Positions 27,427 to 36,466 of a stretch of DNA of 60,927 nucleotides are shown here, piece after piece. The position numbers and the translations under genes are program-made. This stretch comes from an uncultured Bradyrhizobium sp. (GTDB lineage Bacteria; Pseudomonadota; Alphaproteobacteria; Rhizobiales; Xanthobacteraceae): positions 1 to 60,927 of the forward strand of contig CADEDX010000001.1 in assembly GCA_902826195.1 (NCBI GenBank), in the 5' to 3' direction. Each line of letters starts with the position of its first letter. Position 1 is the stretch's first letter. A model generated the notes under the pieces. It had not been told where the DNA came from. It saw only the letters and a program-made list of their open reading frames with translations, and searched no databases.

Positions 27427-28226
27427 GGCACAAGCTCCTTGACGACGAAGCGCGTCTCGAATTGCTGGAAGAAGGCATTGACGAGCGGGTCCAATTGCTG
27501 AAAGAGCCCGTAGATCGTTTGCCGGTGCAGATGCGTCGTCGCCGAAGGATCGCGGCAGACGAACAGGTCGCCCGCGAGCCCGACCGTGCGTTGAAGCTCG
27601 AACGCCTCGCCATACATTTCGTCTTCGCTCATATAGCGCAACTGCGCCTCGAGACGCCGCGCGATCCCGCGTTGCTCGCCCGGCCAGGTCTGCCCGCCGA
27701 GCGACGTGAATTGCGGCGTGTTGTCCAGGAAGCCGATGCTCCAGCCATAGGAGATATTCCGCGCCGGCTGCCACGTCGGGGCGATGTAGAGCCGGCCCGC
27801 GCGGAATTCGCCGGCCGGCGGATCGGGATCGGTGATCGAGACGCGCCACCAGCGCCGCGTTGCGAGCGCCGTCGAGCGCCAATAGATCGACGGCAGCGTC
27901 TCCCATACTTCGGCCGGCTTGCCGGTCACGGGCCATAGGCTGATTTCGGTTGACGTCCAGTCCGGAGTGTCGAGCCCGCCTTGCGTGTCCGAGGCGTCGA
28001 TCTTCCACGTCGCGGACGCGCTGCCGTTGTGGGCGATCAGCGCGACAAGGTTCGGCGAGCGCGCCTGGCCGAAGTCGATATCGACGCGCGGCGAGGCGCC
28101 GAAGCCCCATCGGTCGCCCGGCTGTTGCGTCTGCAAGCGCTCCGGGTTCGTCGCGGCGCTATCGGGATCGGAGAGCGTCGCGGCGTCGATCCATTCGGGC
28201 TTCGCGAAGATGATGTTTTCGGTCAT
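27423..28226 (-). CDS. Tail tip / distal tail protein
   Basis: NPERLQT, LIAHN, RRWWRVSITD, GRLYI..WQP..NISYGW. Confidence 0.65.
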   Translation of the reverse strand: MTENIIFAKPEWIDAATLSDPDSAATNPERLQTQQPGDRWGFGASPRVDIDFGQARSPNLVALIAHNGSASATWKIDASDTQGGLDTPDWTSTEISLWPVTGKPAEVWETLPSIYWRSTALATRRWWRVSITDPDPPAGEFRAGRLYIAPTWQPARNISYGWSIGFLDNTPQFTSLGGQTWPGEQRGIARRLEAQLRYMSEDEMYGEAFELQRTVGLAGDLFVCRDPSATTHLHRQTIYGLFQQLDPLVNAFFQQFETRFVVKELVP

Positions 28227-28229
28227 GCG

Positions 28230-29921
28230 TCAGCCCCAACAGAACAGCGAGAGCGAATCGGTTTCCACGTTTGCGGCCGCTCCGATGATGACGAATTTCT
28301 GCCCGGCCGGATCGAGCCCGAGCCGGCTCCAGTTCTGGATCGAGAGGATCCCGCCGATCGGCACGTCGAAGATATCGAGGCCGCGGGCTTCGATGCTGTA
28401 GATCGACCGCTCCGCGCCGTGCAGATCGCGCAGGCGCAAGGCTTCGGCGAGCGCGTCGGCTTCTTCGTCCAACTGCGTCGGAAAGTCTAGCTGCTGCGCC
28501 AGTTGATGCGCATAGACCAAGCTCGGGTCTTGCGTGGTGATGTAGCGATAGGCCGAGCCGTAGCGCTGGCGATCCGCTTCCGAGACGCCGGGCGGCTCCG
28601 CAAGCTGGTCGGCCGACTGGACTTCGATCATGCGCTCGTAGCCGACACGAAGAAGATGGATCGGCAGCACGCCGACGCGGCCGATCGAGAGGATGTTGTC
28701 GCGCTCGATCACGATATCGGCCGAGCCGGTCGGCAGATCGAGGCGCGCCAGTTGCAGCTTGCCGGCGAGCGTCGCCCACCAATAGCCGCCGATCCCGCCC
28801 ATGATCTCGTCAAGCGCCTGTTGCACCGTGACGCCGGCGCTGTCGCAGTAATAGCCCGTCGCGCCCGATTGCAGGAGGTCGAGCGCCGCCGCGCCGATTA
28901 TGTCCGTGCCGCCGAAATTGTCCTGGCCGAGCCGTTCCATCGCAATGCGCGAGGCAATCTGCGCGGCCGTGTCGATATAGCTGCCGCTCGCGTCGCCCTG
29001 CACGTCCGCCGTGAGAAGGCCGAGCGGCTGTAGCGTGCGGATGAGCGAGAAGGCTAGACAAGTCGCATATTCGCCGACGTTGACGGTCGCCGCGACCAGA
29101 TCGTCATAGTTGGCGAAGTCGCCCACGAAATCATAGCCGACGCCCTTGTCTCGCACCGCGAGGACGGCCTGGCTTACTCCGTCATGGAATTGCCGGACGC
29201 CGTTCGTCGCGTCGATCAGGCGAACGGGAATGTTCCGGCGCACGCCATAGCAGATCGCTTTTGGCTGCCCGGCGATCGACGCATCGCCGTCGAGCCCGCC
29301 CGAGCCGCCATAGAGGACGGACTGGATCGGTTTCTGGAACGGCGCTTGGCGATCGCGAAGGCGGATCGTGATCGACGTGTCGGTCCAATCGAGGCCGATG
29401 CACGTCCCGACGAAGACAAGATCGAAGGTCGAGAAGGCCGCATCCTTGCGCCCGCGATAGAGCCGGATTTCGCGGCCGTCGAAAGCCTTGCCGAGCCAGT
29501 CGTCGCGCTCGCCCTTCGCGTTGCGGATGACGATATCGCCGGCGCCGATCCGCGACGGTCCTCCCGGCCTCCCGCCCTCGAAGACGCGGATGGAGTAATT
29601 GAAGGGCGAGGGCATCGCGCCGGGAAACCACGCATCGGCCGGCGTGTCGGCCATGTGCGAGTGATAGCCCACGTCCGACGCATAGAGCTCGATTTCGCCG
29701 CCGGTGATCTCGAAGTCGGAAATCGCGCCCTCGAGCTCCGCGAAGACGCCGAGCGGCCAGGGCGGGCCCTCCACCATCCGGGTGACGGTCGCATCGAATG
29801 GGCGCGCGACGAGCGCGATGACGCGCAGCGCGCGCGGCACCGAAACAGCGGTCTGCACGCCGCCATCGCCGAAGTAGGCTTCGCCGAAATAGCGCTGGCC
29901 GAAAAACCGATGGCCGAACAT
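28230..29921 (-). CDS. Tail hub/baseplate protein
   Basis: GDIVIRN..DGR.I.LYRG, YGGSGGLDG..GQPK.ICYG..NI; position after TMP. Confidence 0.7.
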   Translation of the reverse strand: MFGHRFFGQRYFGEAYFGDGGVQTAVSVPRALRVIALVARPFDATVTRMVEGPPWPLGVFAELEGAISDFEITGGEIELYASDVGYHSHMADTPADAWFPGAMPSPFNYSIRVFEGGRPGGPSRIGAGDIVIRNAKGERDDWLGKAFDGREIRLYRGRKDAAFSTFDLVFVGTCIGLDWTDTSITIRLRDRQAPFQKPIQSVLYGGSGGLDGDASIAGQPKAICYGVRRNIPVRLIDATNGVRQFHDGVSQAVLAVRDKGVGYDFVGDFANYDDLVAATVNVGEYATCLAFSLIRTLQPLGLLTADVQGDASGSYIDTAAQIASRIAMERLGQDNFGGTDIIGAAALDLLQSGATGYYCDSAGVTVQQALDEIMGGIGGYWWATLAGKLQLARLDLPTGSADIVIERDNILSIGRVGVLPIHLLRVGYERMIEVQSADQLAEPPGVSEADRQRYGSAYRYITTQDPSLVYAHQLAQQLDFPTQLDEEADALAEALRLRDLHGAERSIYSIEARGLDIFDVPIGGILSIQNWSRLGLDPAGQKFVIIGAAANVETDSLSLFCWG

Positions 29922-29927
29922 GCGGCG

Positions 29928-30740
29928 TTAGACCGTCTCGTCGATTGTGACGGCCGAGCGGTTGCCGTCCGCATCCACGGTCGCTTCCACGCGGTCCTTG
30001 CTGTCGTCAATGGCGCGGAAGATGGCCGTCGTGGTGTCGAGGCCGGACGCCTTGCCGATCAGCACGGCCCCGATGACGCGCAAGAGCTCGGTCAGCGTCA
30101 GGCCGTCAATGTCGGCGGGAATCTCGTCGGTCTTGGCCTTGATCGCCGCGATCTCCGTATCGACATAGCCAGCGACGACCGCGAGATTGGCGGCGCTCGC
30201 GAGCGACGTGAGGCCGGAGCCGGTGGCGCCGATCCGCGCATAAGCGTCGCCGGTCTGCGGCGTGTTGCCGGTATAGGTCGTCACGGTGTCGGCCAGGACG
30301 ACGCCCGTTACCTTGTGCGACGACGGGTCATAGCCGGTGTCCGCGAAATCCTTGAGGTCCGTCGCGGACTGCGCGGTCCCGGCTATCTGGACAAGCGACG
30401 TGTCGAGAAGGTCCGAGCCGAGGACGATGCTGTCGTAGATGTTCGCCGGCACGACGAGGAAGTCTTCCCATACCGGCAACGCGCCGCTTTCAAAGACGGC
30501 GAGGCGCAGGAGCCCGAGCGTCCCGGTGTCGGTCGCGTCGAGCGTCACTTCATAGAAGCCGTTTTCCTCGTGCGAGAGCGTTTGCGCTGCGGCTTTCTGC
30601 GCCCAAGCGGCGGCGTTCTTTTTCAACCGAATGTCTGGCTGCGTCAGCGTGAGACCGGTCAGAGCGGTCACGCCGTCCGTAGCGTCAAGAAAGGGGCCGA
30701 TCGGCACGTCGGCCGATGTCGTTTGCTTGAGCCAGCGCAT
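29928..30740 (-). CDS. Virion structural protein
   Basis: WLKQ..VPIGPFLD.TDGVT..; C-terminal RVEATVDADGNR. Confidence 0.6.
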   Translation of the reverse strand: MRWLKQTTSADVPIGPFLDATDGVTALTGLTLTQPDIRLKKNAAAWAQKAAAQTLSHEENGFYEVTLDATDTGTLGLLRLAVFESGALPVWEDFLVVPANIYDSIVLGSDLLDTSLVQIAGTAQSATDLKDFADTGYDPSSHKVTGVVLADTVTTYTGNTPQTGDAYARIGATGSGLTSLASAANLAVVAGYVDTEIAAIKAKTDEIPADIDGLTLTELLRVIGAVLIGKASGLDTTTAIFRAIDDSKDRVEATVDADGNRSAVTIDETV

Positions 30741-31988
30741 CTATGCGGTCCTCCGACGACGATAATAAGCCTGTAGCGCGGGCGTCGCGTTGCCCGATGG
30801 CGCGGCGCCACGCAGCGCGATATAGCCGAATAGCCGGGCTGTCGCATCGGCGACGGTCCAGTTGAGGGTAAACCCGTCCGCGTCGAGGCTCGACACCGCG
30901 GCGCGCGCATTGACGGTCGGCGTCGATCCGCTGATATAGAGCGCCGCCGCCCCCGCTTCGGCGCGACGCTTGGCTATCGTCGGGTCGGCCGCGTCGGTTT
31001 CGCCGATCGCGCAAACCGTCTGATCCGCCACGCTTGGGGCGCCGCCGGTGAACAGTGCGACGTGATCGGTAACGGTATTGAGCGACGTGGCGCCGCTGCC
31101 GCGGAGGATCGGCAAGGCTTCCGGCCGGAATCCCACGCCGGTCTTTGCCTTGGTCCCGGTCGCGGTCTTCTGGCTGTCCGTGCCGAGTGCGACTTGCAAG
31201 TCGGCGCCGCCGAGCGCGAGATAGCTGACGCCGACCTGGCCTCCCGCCGTCGTGATATTTACGGTGAACCCGTCCGCGTCCATCGACACGAAATCCGCGT
31301 CCACCCATACGGTCGGCGCCAGGTTGACGAAACAACGATTGTTCGCCGTGATCTGCGCGACATTCGCCGCTGCCGCGTTGTCGTCATAGCCGCCGGCGAC
31401 GGCCCATCGCTCCAAGCTGGACTTGGCCGCGCCGAGACACATCCCATGATCGCCGGCCGTCGTGACGCCGTTTGCCGTCGTGTTTGACCGAGACGTTAGA
31501 AATATAACTAGCTTCGGCAGGAAGCCGACGCCAGAAATCGCTTGGTTTCCGGTCGCGGCATTGCTGTTGAATGTGCCCGCCGCCGCGCTCGCGACATCGC
31601 CGCCGAGGGCGATATAGCGAATGACACGCCCCGCCACCGTCAGGTTCCAGTTGAGGGTAAACCCGTCCGCGTCGAGGCTGACCAGCGTCGCGCGGATTTC
31701 CGTCCCGCCGGAATTGTCGGGCGCCTTATAGATGCAGGAGACGTTATGGAACCCGCAAAATACCGCGGTGGTCGCGACGTTATGCGCGGATTCCACGAAA
31801 TGCGCCGCGCTGCCGCTCGCGGTCGCGAATCCGATCATATCGTAAAGATGGCTGCCATCGGCCCCGTCGCCGACGAAATCGGAAAAAAACAGAATTGCGG
31901 TCGGGGCGAAACCGAGGCCAGTGATGGCCTCGGTCGCGCCCTCCGAGCCCGTCAGCGTGATCGAGCCAAGCTTGACTTGAAGCGTCAT
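30741..31988 (-). CDS. Virion protein with three ~135-aa repeats
   Basis: ITGLGFAP/ISGVGFLP/KTGVGFRP and SLDADGFTLNW/SMDADGFTVNI/SLDADGFTLNW. Confidence 0.65.
   Translation of the reverse strand: MTLQVKLGSITLTGSEGATEAITGLGFAPTAILFFSDFVGDGADGSHLYDMIGFATASGSAAHFVESAHNVATTAVFCGFHNVSCIYKAPDNSGGTEIRATLVSLDADGFTLNWNLTVAGRVIRYIALGGDVASAAAGTFNSNAATGNQAISGVGFLPKLVIFLTSRSNTTANGVTTAGDHGMCLGAAKSSLERWAVAGGYDDNAAAANVAQITANNRCFVNLAPTVWVDADFVSMDADGFTVNITTAGGQVGVSYLALGGADLQVALGTDSQKTATGTKAKTGVGFRPEALPILRGSGATSLNTVTDHVALFTGGAPSVADQTVCAIGETDAADPTIAKRRAEAGAAALYISGSTPTVNARAAVSSLDADGFTLNWTVADATARLFGYIALRGAAPSGNATPALQAYYRRRRTA
30857..30890 (+). repeat. 34-bp exact direct repeat, second copy at 31646-31679
   Basis: TCCAGTTGAGGGTAAACCCGTCCGCGTCGAGGCT at both positions. 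Confidence 0.85.
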
Positions 31989-31999
31989 GCCGCCTCCCG

Positions 32000-34900
32000 T
32001 TACGCCGTGCCCTGCTGGCTGATGAAGCGCCGCAACTGCGCATTGAGGGAGGAATTTTCCTCGCGAAGCGCGGCTATCTCGGCGAGCAGGTTTTCAATCT
32101 GCTTGTTGTTGATGGTGAACAGCCGGGCGAGCTCGCCGCTCGTCTGCGTGATCGTCTGCGAAACGCTCGCCTGCGGCCCGCCGAGATAGAGGGCGACGGT
32201 CTGCCGGACAAGCTCAAGGTTCGCCGCGTGCTGCGGCCCGTTCGCATAGACCGCGTTCGACGCGCCGAGGAATTGCGTCCCGAGCCCGGCGAGGCTCGCT
32301 TGCGCGCTGAAATCGCCTTGCGCCGCGCGCTCGGCCGCCGTCTGGAACGCGGCTTGCGCGCCAGAGAGCTGGCCCGATGCCGTGCGTCCGGAGAGCGGGC
32401 CGAACGTGATCGCGTCGTAGAAGGCTTGCAGCGTCGATTGCGCCTGGCCCTGAAACTGCTGCACGATCCTTTCGCGTTCCAGCCCGGAGAGCCGTTCGAC
32501 TTCGACGAGGTTCGCGCCGGCCGCGGTCGCTTCCTTCAACCGATCCGCCTGAAACTCCGCGAGCTGTTTCATCGCCAGCGCCATCGGATCGGTAATGGCG
32601 AGGATCTGATCCTCGATCGAGTTGTTGAAGTCGGTCGTGAGCTTCGCGATCGCGTCCGGACGCGCGTCGATCAAGGGTTGCAGCGCAAGCCCGAGCTCGG
32701 TCGCCTTCGCTTCGGCCGCATCGAATTGACGGTTGAGCGCCTTCACCGCTTCGGCGTATTCGGTCGTCTCGGCGGCGATCCCGATCAATTGATCGTAGGC
32801 CCGCGCGAATTCGATATCGGCGCCGAGCCCTTCGACCGATCCCGCTTTCGAGTTGCGCAGGACGGTCAGCATCGTGCCGGTGGCGCCGGCGCCGCCGAGC
32901 GCGCCCGTGTTGGCCGCTTGCCGCAACGTCTCTTTGATGAGATCGGCGACGACTTGCTTCAAGCCTTCCTCGCCCTTCCGGGTCGAGCCGCCGAGCGCAA
33001 CGCGGGTGTAATAGTCCTGCGACGCCGGCCCGCCGTTCTGGCCGACCGCGAGATTGCCGTAGAAGTTCGTCTCGCCGTCCTTGTTCTGCTGCGCCTGAAT
33101 GTAGCCGCTTAGGCGCCCGTTCATGATCGAGAGATCGGTCTGCGTGAGCAGCGCGTTCAAGGTCTGGCTGTAGGCGTTGACCGCATCGCGCCCGGTCTGA
33201 CTGTCGCCGCCATTCTTCGCGCTCGAGTCCGTGAGGAAACCGGCGTTGTCCTGCACGTTGAAATAGCCGGACGCGCTCGGCTTCTTGAACCCGCCGCCGA
33301 ACAACCCGCCGACGAGAGAGCCGAGAAGATTGCCGAGCATCGAGCCGACCATAGAGCCGACCGGCCCGAAGAAGCTGCCGGCGATCCCGCCGAGCGTGCC
33401 GCCGACCGCGCCGCCGATCTGTCCGCCGCCCACCTTGTCGCCCGAGAGGAAGGAGAGCCCGAGCGGGATAAGGTTCATCGCCGCCGTGAGGCCAGCGCCG
33501 CCCCATGAGAAGCCGCCGCCGCCGGGTCCGGTGCCGCCGGGGACGCCCTGCCCGCCGCGCGCAATCGTCGGAATCCCGCTGCTGCCGCCGCCGAACATTT
33601 GCGACAGGTCGAAGCCGCTCCCGCCGCCGCCGAAGATCGAGCCGAGGTCGAACCCGCCGCCGCCGGCGCCGGCACCGCTGCCCGTCATGTTGCCGACCGC
33701 GCTTTGCAACAGCGGTCGGAAAACCATCAGCGCCGTTACCTGCGACGCCATTTCCCGCATGATATCGACGACGCGGAGCGCGAGGTCTTTGAAGCTGTCC
33801 GTGCCGCCGTCGAGGATCGAGCGGAAGGCTTCGGAGAACGCATCCTGAATGTTGTTGGCCGCGTTCTTGAACGGCTCCAACAGCAATTCCGCTTCCTGTT
33901 CGGCGAGCCGGACGCGCTCCTTCATCGCGCGCTCGGCGTCCTGCTGCCGCTTCTTCTCGGCGTCGGCCGAATCCTTGTTCGCCTCGGTGCGCTGCTGGAT
34001 GAGGCGCAATTCGGCCTCCAATTCCTCGCGCTGCTGCTGCGAGAGCAAGACGCCCTTCTCGCGCAAGTCCTGTTCGATCGACAGGAGCCGGGTCGCGATC
34101 TCGCGCTCTTTGTCCGTGAGCATGAGCGCCGCGGCTTCGTCTTCGAGCGCGCGCCGGGTGGTGCCGAGCGGATCGAGAAGGTCGCGGTATTTCTCCGCGA
34201 GCAAAGCCGTCTGCACGGCCGCCGCCTCTTGCGACGTGATCCCGGCCGCGACCGCCTTGTTGATCGTGTCCAGGTCCTTCGCGTATTGCAGCGACACCGC
34301 GTCGAGCGGCAGCAATTCGTCGCGCAAGGCTTCATAGGCGGCTTGAAGCTTCGCCGCTGCGGCAGCGGCTTCGGCCGCAGCGCGCGCGATCTCGGCGTCG
34401 CTCTGCGGGTTGCTGGCCCCGCCCGGCCGCGCCGCACCGCGCACGGGCGGGCCGCCGCGCGAGCTTGAGCCCATGACGTTGGGGCTGCCGCCGGTGCCGC
34501 CGGGCGGCTGGAAATCGTCCGAGAAAGAGAAGTTGCGGCCGAGGATGAGCGACATGCCGGGCGAGAAGGTGAGCAGGTCGGCAATGTCGGAGAGCGACGG
34601 CCCCATTTCGATAAGCTCGGCGAGCTTGTTGACGAAGGCCGTCAGGGGCGGCAGCAAGTCAACCACGAGCGACTGCGCCATCTTCTCGAAGGCGAAGGCG
34701 AGCTTCGCCAATTCGTCGGCCGACTGGTCGGCGATCCGCGCCTGTTCCTCGGTGAGCCCGAGGCCGAGGCGATCCATTTCGTCGGCGAAATGCTCGATAC
34801 CTTCGGCGCCGAGTCCGAGGAAGGTCAGGAGCTTTTGACCGCCGCGGCTGAAGAATTCGACGGAGGCCGCGGCCTGGCGCGAGGGGTCGCTGATCCCCGA

Positions 34901-35608
34901 AATCGCCTGCGCCACGTCGAGCAGCAATTCCTCGTTGTCGCGAAGGTTGCCGTTCGTGTCGAGGATCTTCACGCCGATATCGTCGAAAGCGTCGATCGCC
35001 TTTTGCGATCCGCCCGCCGCTTCGCCGACCGTGCGCGTGAAGCGCGCGAGCGCGGTATTCATCGTCTCTTGACTGACGCCGACTTGCGTCGCGGCATATT
35101 GATAGGCTTGCAAGGCGCGCACGCCGAAGCCCAACTGTTCCGCTTGCTCGGCAAGCCCGGCCGCTGCGGTGAAGGCATCTTGCGCGAAGCGGACAAGCTG
35201 CACGGCCGAGAGCGCGATCCCGAATGCGCCGAGGACGCCGCGCACGGAATTGAGCGCCGTGCCGAAGCCGGACGTGGCCGCGGTCGCGGTATTCTGGTTC
35301 GCGACGTAGCGGTTATAAACGTCGTTGGCTTCTTTCTGCGTGGCGACGCCCAACTGCACGCTGCGGTTAAGCTGGTTCTGGATTTCGGCGAGACGCTGCT
35401 GCGCCTGATAGACGGGATCGACGCTCGCCTTCAAACGCTCGAATTGCCGCGCGCTGGACTCGAGAGTGCGGGTCGAGCGCGCCGTCGTCTCTTGGAGCTG
35501 TTCTTCGGTCTTCTTGAGACGATCGAGCGCGCCCGTCACGCGGTCCGCAACCGCCGAAGCCTGATCCTTGACGATGACTTCGGAAATGAATTGCGAGACA
35601 GTTGCCAT
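32000..35608 (-). CDS. Tape measure protein
   Basis: 1202 aa, Ala/Gly/Leu-rich helical; follows the tail chaperones. Confidence 0.9.
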   Translation of the reverse strand: MATVSQFISEVIVKDQASAVADRVTGALDRLKKTEEQLQETTARSTRTLESSARQFERLKASVDPVYQAQQRLAEIQNQLNRSVQLGVATQKEANDVYNRYVANQNTATAATSGFGTALNSVRGVLGAFGIALSAVQLVRFAQDAFTAAAGLAEQAEQLGFGVRALQAYQYAATQVGVSQETMNTALARFTRTVGEAAGGSQKAIDAFDDIGVKILDTNGNLRDNEELLLDVAQAISGISDPSRQAAASVEFFSRGGQKLLTFLGLGAEGIEHFADEMDRLGLGLTEEQARIADQSADELAKLAFAFEKMAQSLVVDLLPPLTAFVNKLAELIEMGPSLSDIADLLTFSPGMSLILGRNFSFSDDFQPPGGTGGSPNVMGSSSRGGPPVRGAARPGGASNPQSDAEIARAAAEAAAAAAKLQAAYEALRDELLPLDAVSLQYAKDLDTINKAVAAGITSQEAAAVQTALLAEKYRDLLDPLGTTRRALEDEAAALMLTDKEREIATRLLSIEQDLREKGVLLSQQQREELEAELRLIQQRTEANKDSADAEKKRQQDAERAMKERVRLAEQEAELLLEPFKNAANNIQDAFSEAFRSILDGGTDSFKDLALRVVDIMREMASQVTALMVFRPLLQSAVGNMTGSGAGAGGGGFDLGSIFGGGGSGFDLSQMFGGGSSGIPTIARGGQGVPGGTGPGGGGFSWGGAGLTAAMNLIPLGLSFLSGDKVGGGQIGGAVGGTLGGIAGSFFGPVGSMVGSMLGNLLGSLVGGLFGGGFKKPSASGYFNVQDNAGFLTDSSAKNGGDSQTGRDAVNAYSQTLNALLTQTDLSIMNGRLSGYIQAQQNKDGETNFYGNLAVGQNGGPASQDYYTRVALGGSTRKGEEGLKQVVADLIKETLRQAANTGALGGAGATGTMLTVLRNSKAGSVEGLGADIEFARAYDQLIGIAAETTEYAEAVKALNRQFDAAEAKATELGLALQPLIDARPDAIAKLTTDFNNSIEDQILAITDPMALAMKQLAEFQADRLKEATAAGANLVEVERLSGLERERIVQQFQGQAQSTLQAFYDAITFGPLSGRTASGQLSGAQAAFQTAAERAAQGDFSAQASLAGLGTQFLGASNAVYANGPQHAANLELVRQTVALYLGGPQASVSQTITQTSGELARLFTINNKQIENLLAEIAALREENSSLNAQLRRFISQQGTA

Positions 35609-35617
35609 GGAGCGCCC

Positions 35618-35953
35618 TCAGTCTTTCTTGTTCGCGTGAGCGAGATAGATCGCTTCGAGCGTGTCCATGTAGAAAAGAAAATCCTCGAACGCATCGCCGG
35701 CGATCCCGTAGCGGGTGGCGTAGCGATCGAGAACGTCGAAGGGCAGCGGGAAGACGCCGCCCATTGCGCCGCGAGGGTGCGAGGTCTGCAAGCGCCAGAA
35801 GGCCAGCCAAACCCATGCGAGATATTCGGGAACGTCCGGCGCGTCGGCGACGCCCTCAGGCAAGGCGTCGCCGCGCTCGAGAGCCGCCGCTATGACCCTT
35901 TCATCTACCTGCCCGACGACGAGCGCGCGCGTCAGGCAGTCAGTCAGTTTCCC
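35618..35953 (-). CDS. Tail assembly chaperone, frameshifted part (gpT-like)
   Basis: Open -1 frame entered at GGGAAAC; WLAFWRL..YATRYG..MDTLEAIYL. Confidence 0.75.
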   Translation of the reverse strand, partial: GKLTDCLTRALVVGQVDERVIAAALERGDALPEGVADAPDVPEYLAWVWLAFWRLQTSHPRGAMGGVFPLPFDVLDRYATRYGIAGDAFEDFLFYMDTLEAIYLAHANKKD

Positions 35954-36360
35954 GCGTCTTCCTTCTTGTCGTCTTCGCGGGAGTCGCCGATATGCGCCGC
36001 CGCCCATAGGCAGGCGTCATAGAGCGGGCCGAGCTTGGGGTTGCTGATGATCTCGAAGACGGACGCCGGCGAGCACGCGATCGGCTTTTCGTCGTCGTCG
36101 GTCAGGTTCCAGTCGAGGACGCAAGTATGCGCGAGAAGCTTCGCGGTGATCTCGCGCTGGCGCTCGGGCGTGAGGCCCTTCGGGTTGCGTCGCTCGGTGC
36201 GCGGCAGCGCCATGACGAGCGTTTGATTGAGCCGCTTCCATTCGCTGTTGCCGAGGCCGCGGGTCTTGATCTTGAGGTCGCCGCAGTCCGGGATTTCCTC
36301 TACCCACTCGCCGCCCTCGATCGCCTCCGCGTTGACCGCGAAGGAATTGAGCTTAGCCAT
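35944..36360 (-). CDS. Tail assembly chaperone (gpG-like)
   Basis: EGGEWV..VLDWN..; ends GCG GGA AAC TGA. Confidence 0.8.
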   Translation of the reverse strand: MAKLNSFAVNAEAIEGGEWVEEIPDCGDLKIKTRGLGNSEWKRLNQTLVMALPRTERRNPKGLTPERQREITAKLLAHTCVLDWNLTDDDEKPIACSPASVFEIISNPKLGPLYDACLWAAAHIGDSREDDKKEDAGN

Positions 36361-36370
36361 CGTCGTTTCC

Positions 36371-36415
36371 TTTTCCGGTAGGTGGCGGGAGCGCGCCGGA
36401 AAACACGCTCCCGCC
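36371..36415 (-). promoter_or_regulatory. Predicted H-type pseudoknot abutting the chaperone RBS
   Basis: 12-bp stem, loop UUUUCCGG complementary to CCGGAAAA 5 nt downstream. Confidence 0.6.
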
Positions 36416-36466
36416 CGTTGCGCGCAACGTCGTCGCCCGGCTTTCCGGAGCCGGTTTGGTCATCCG

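Noticed and set aside
30857-31679. 34-bp repeat as a DGR template/variable pair or CRISPR repeat
   Set aside because: No reverse transcriptase, no adenine-specific mismatches, no spacer array
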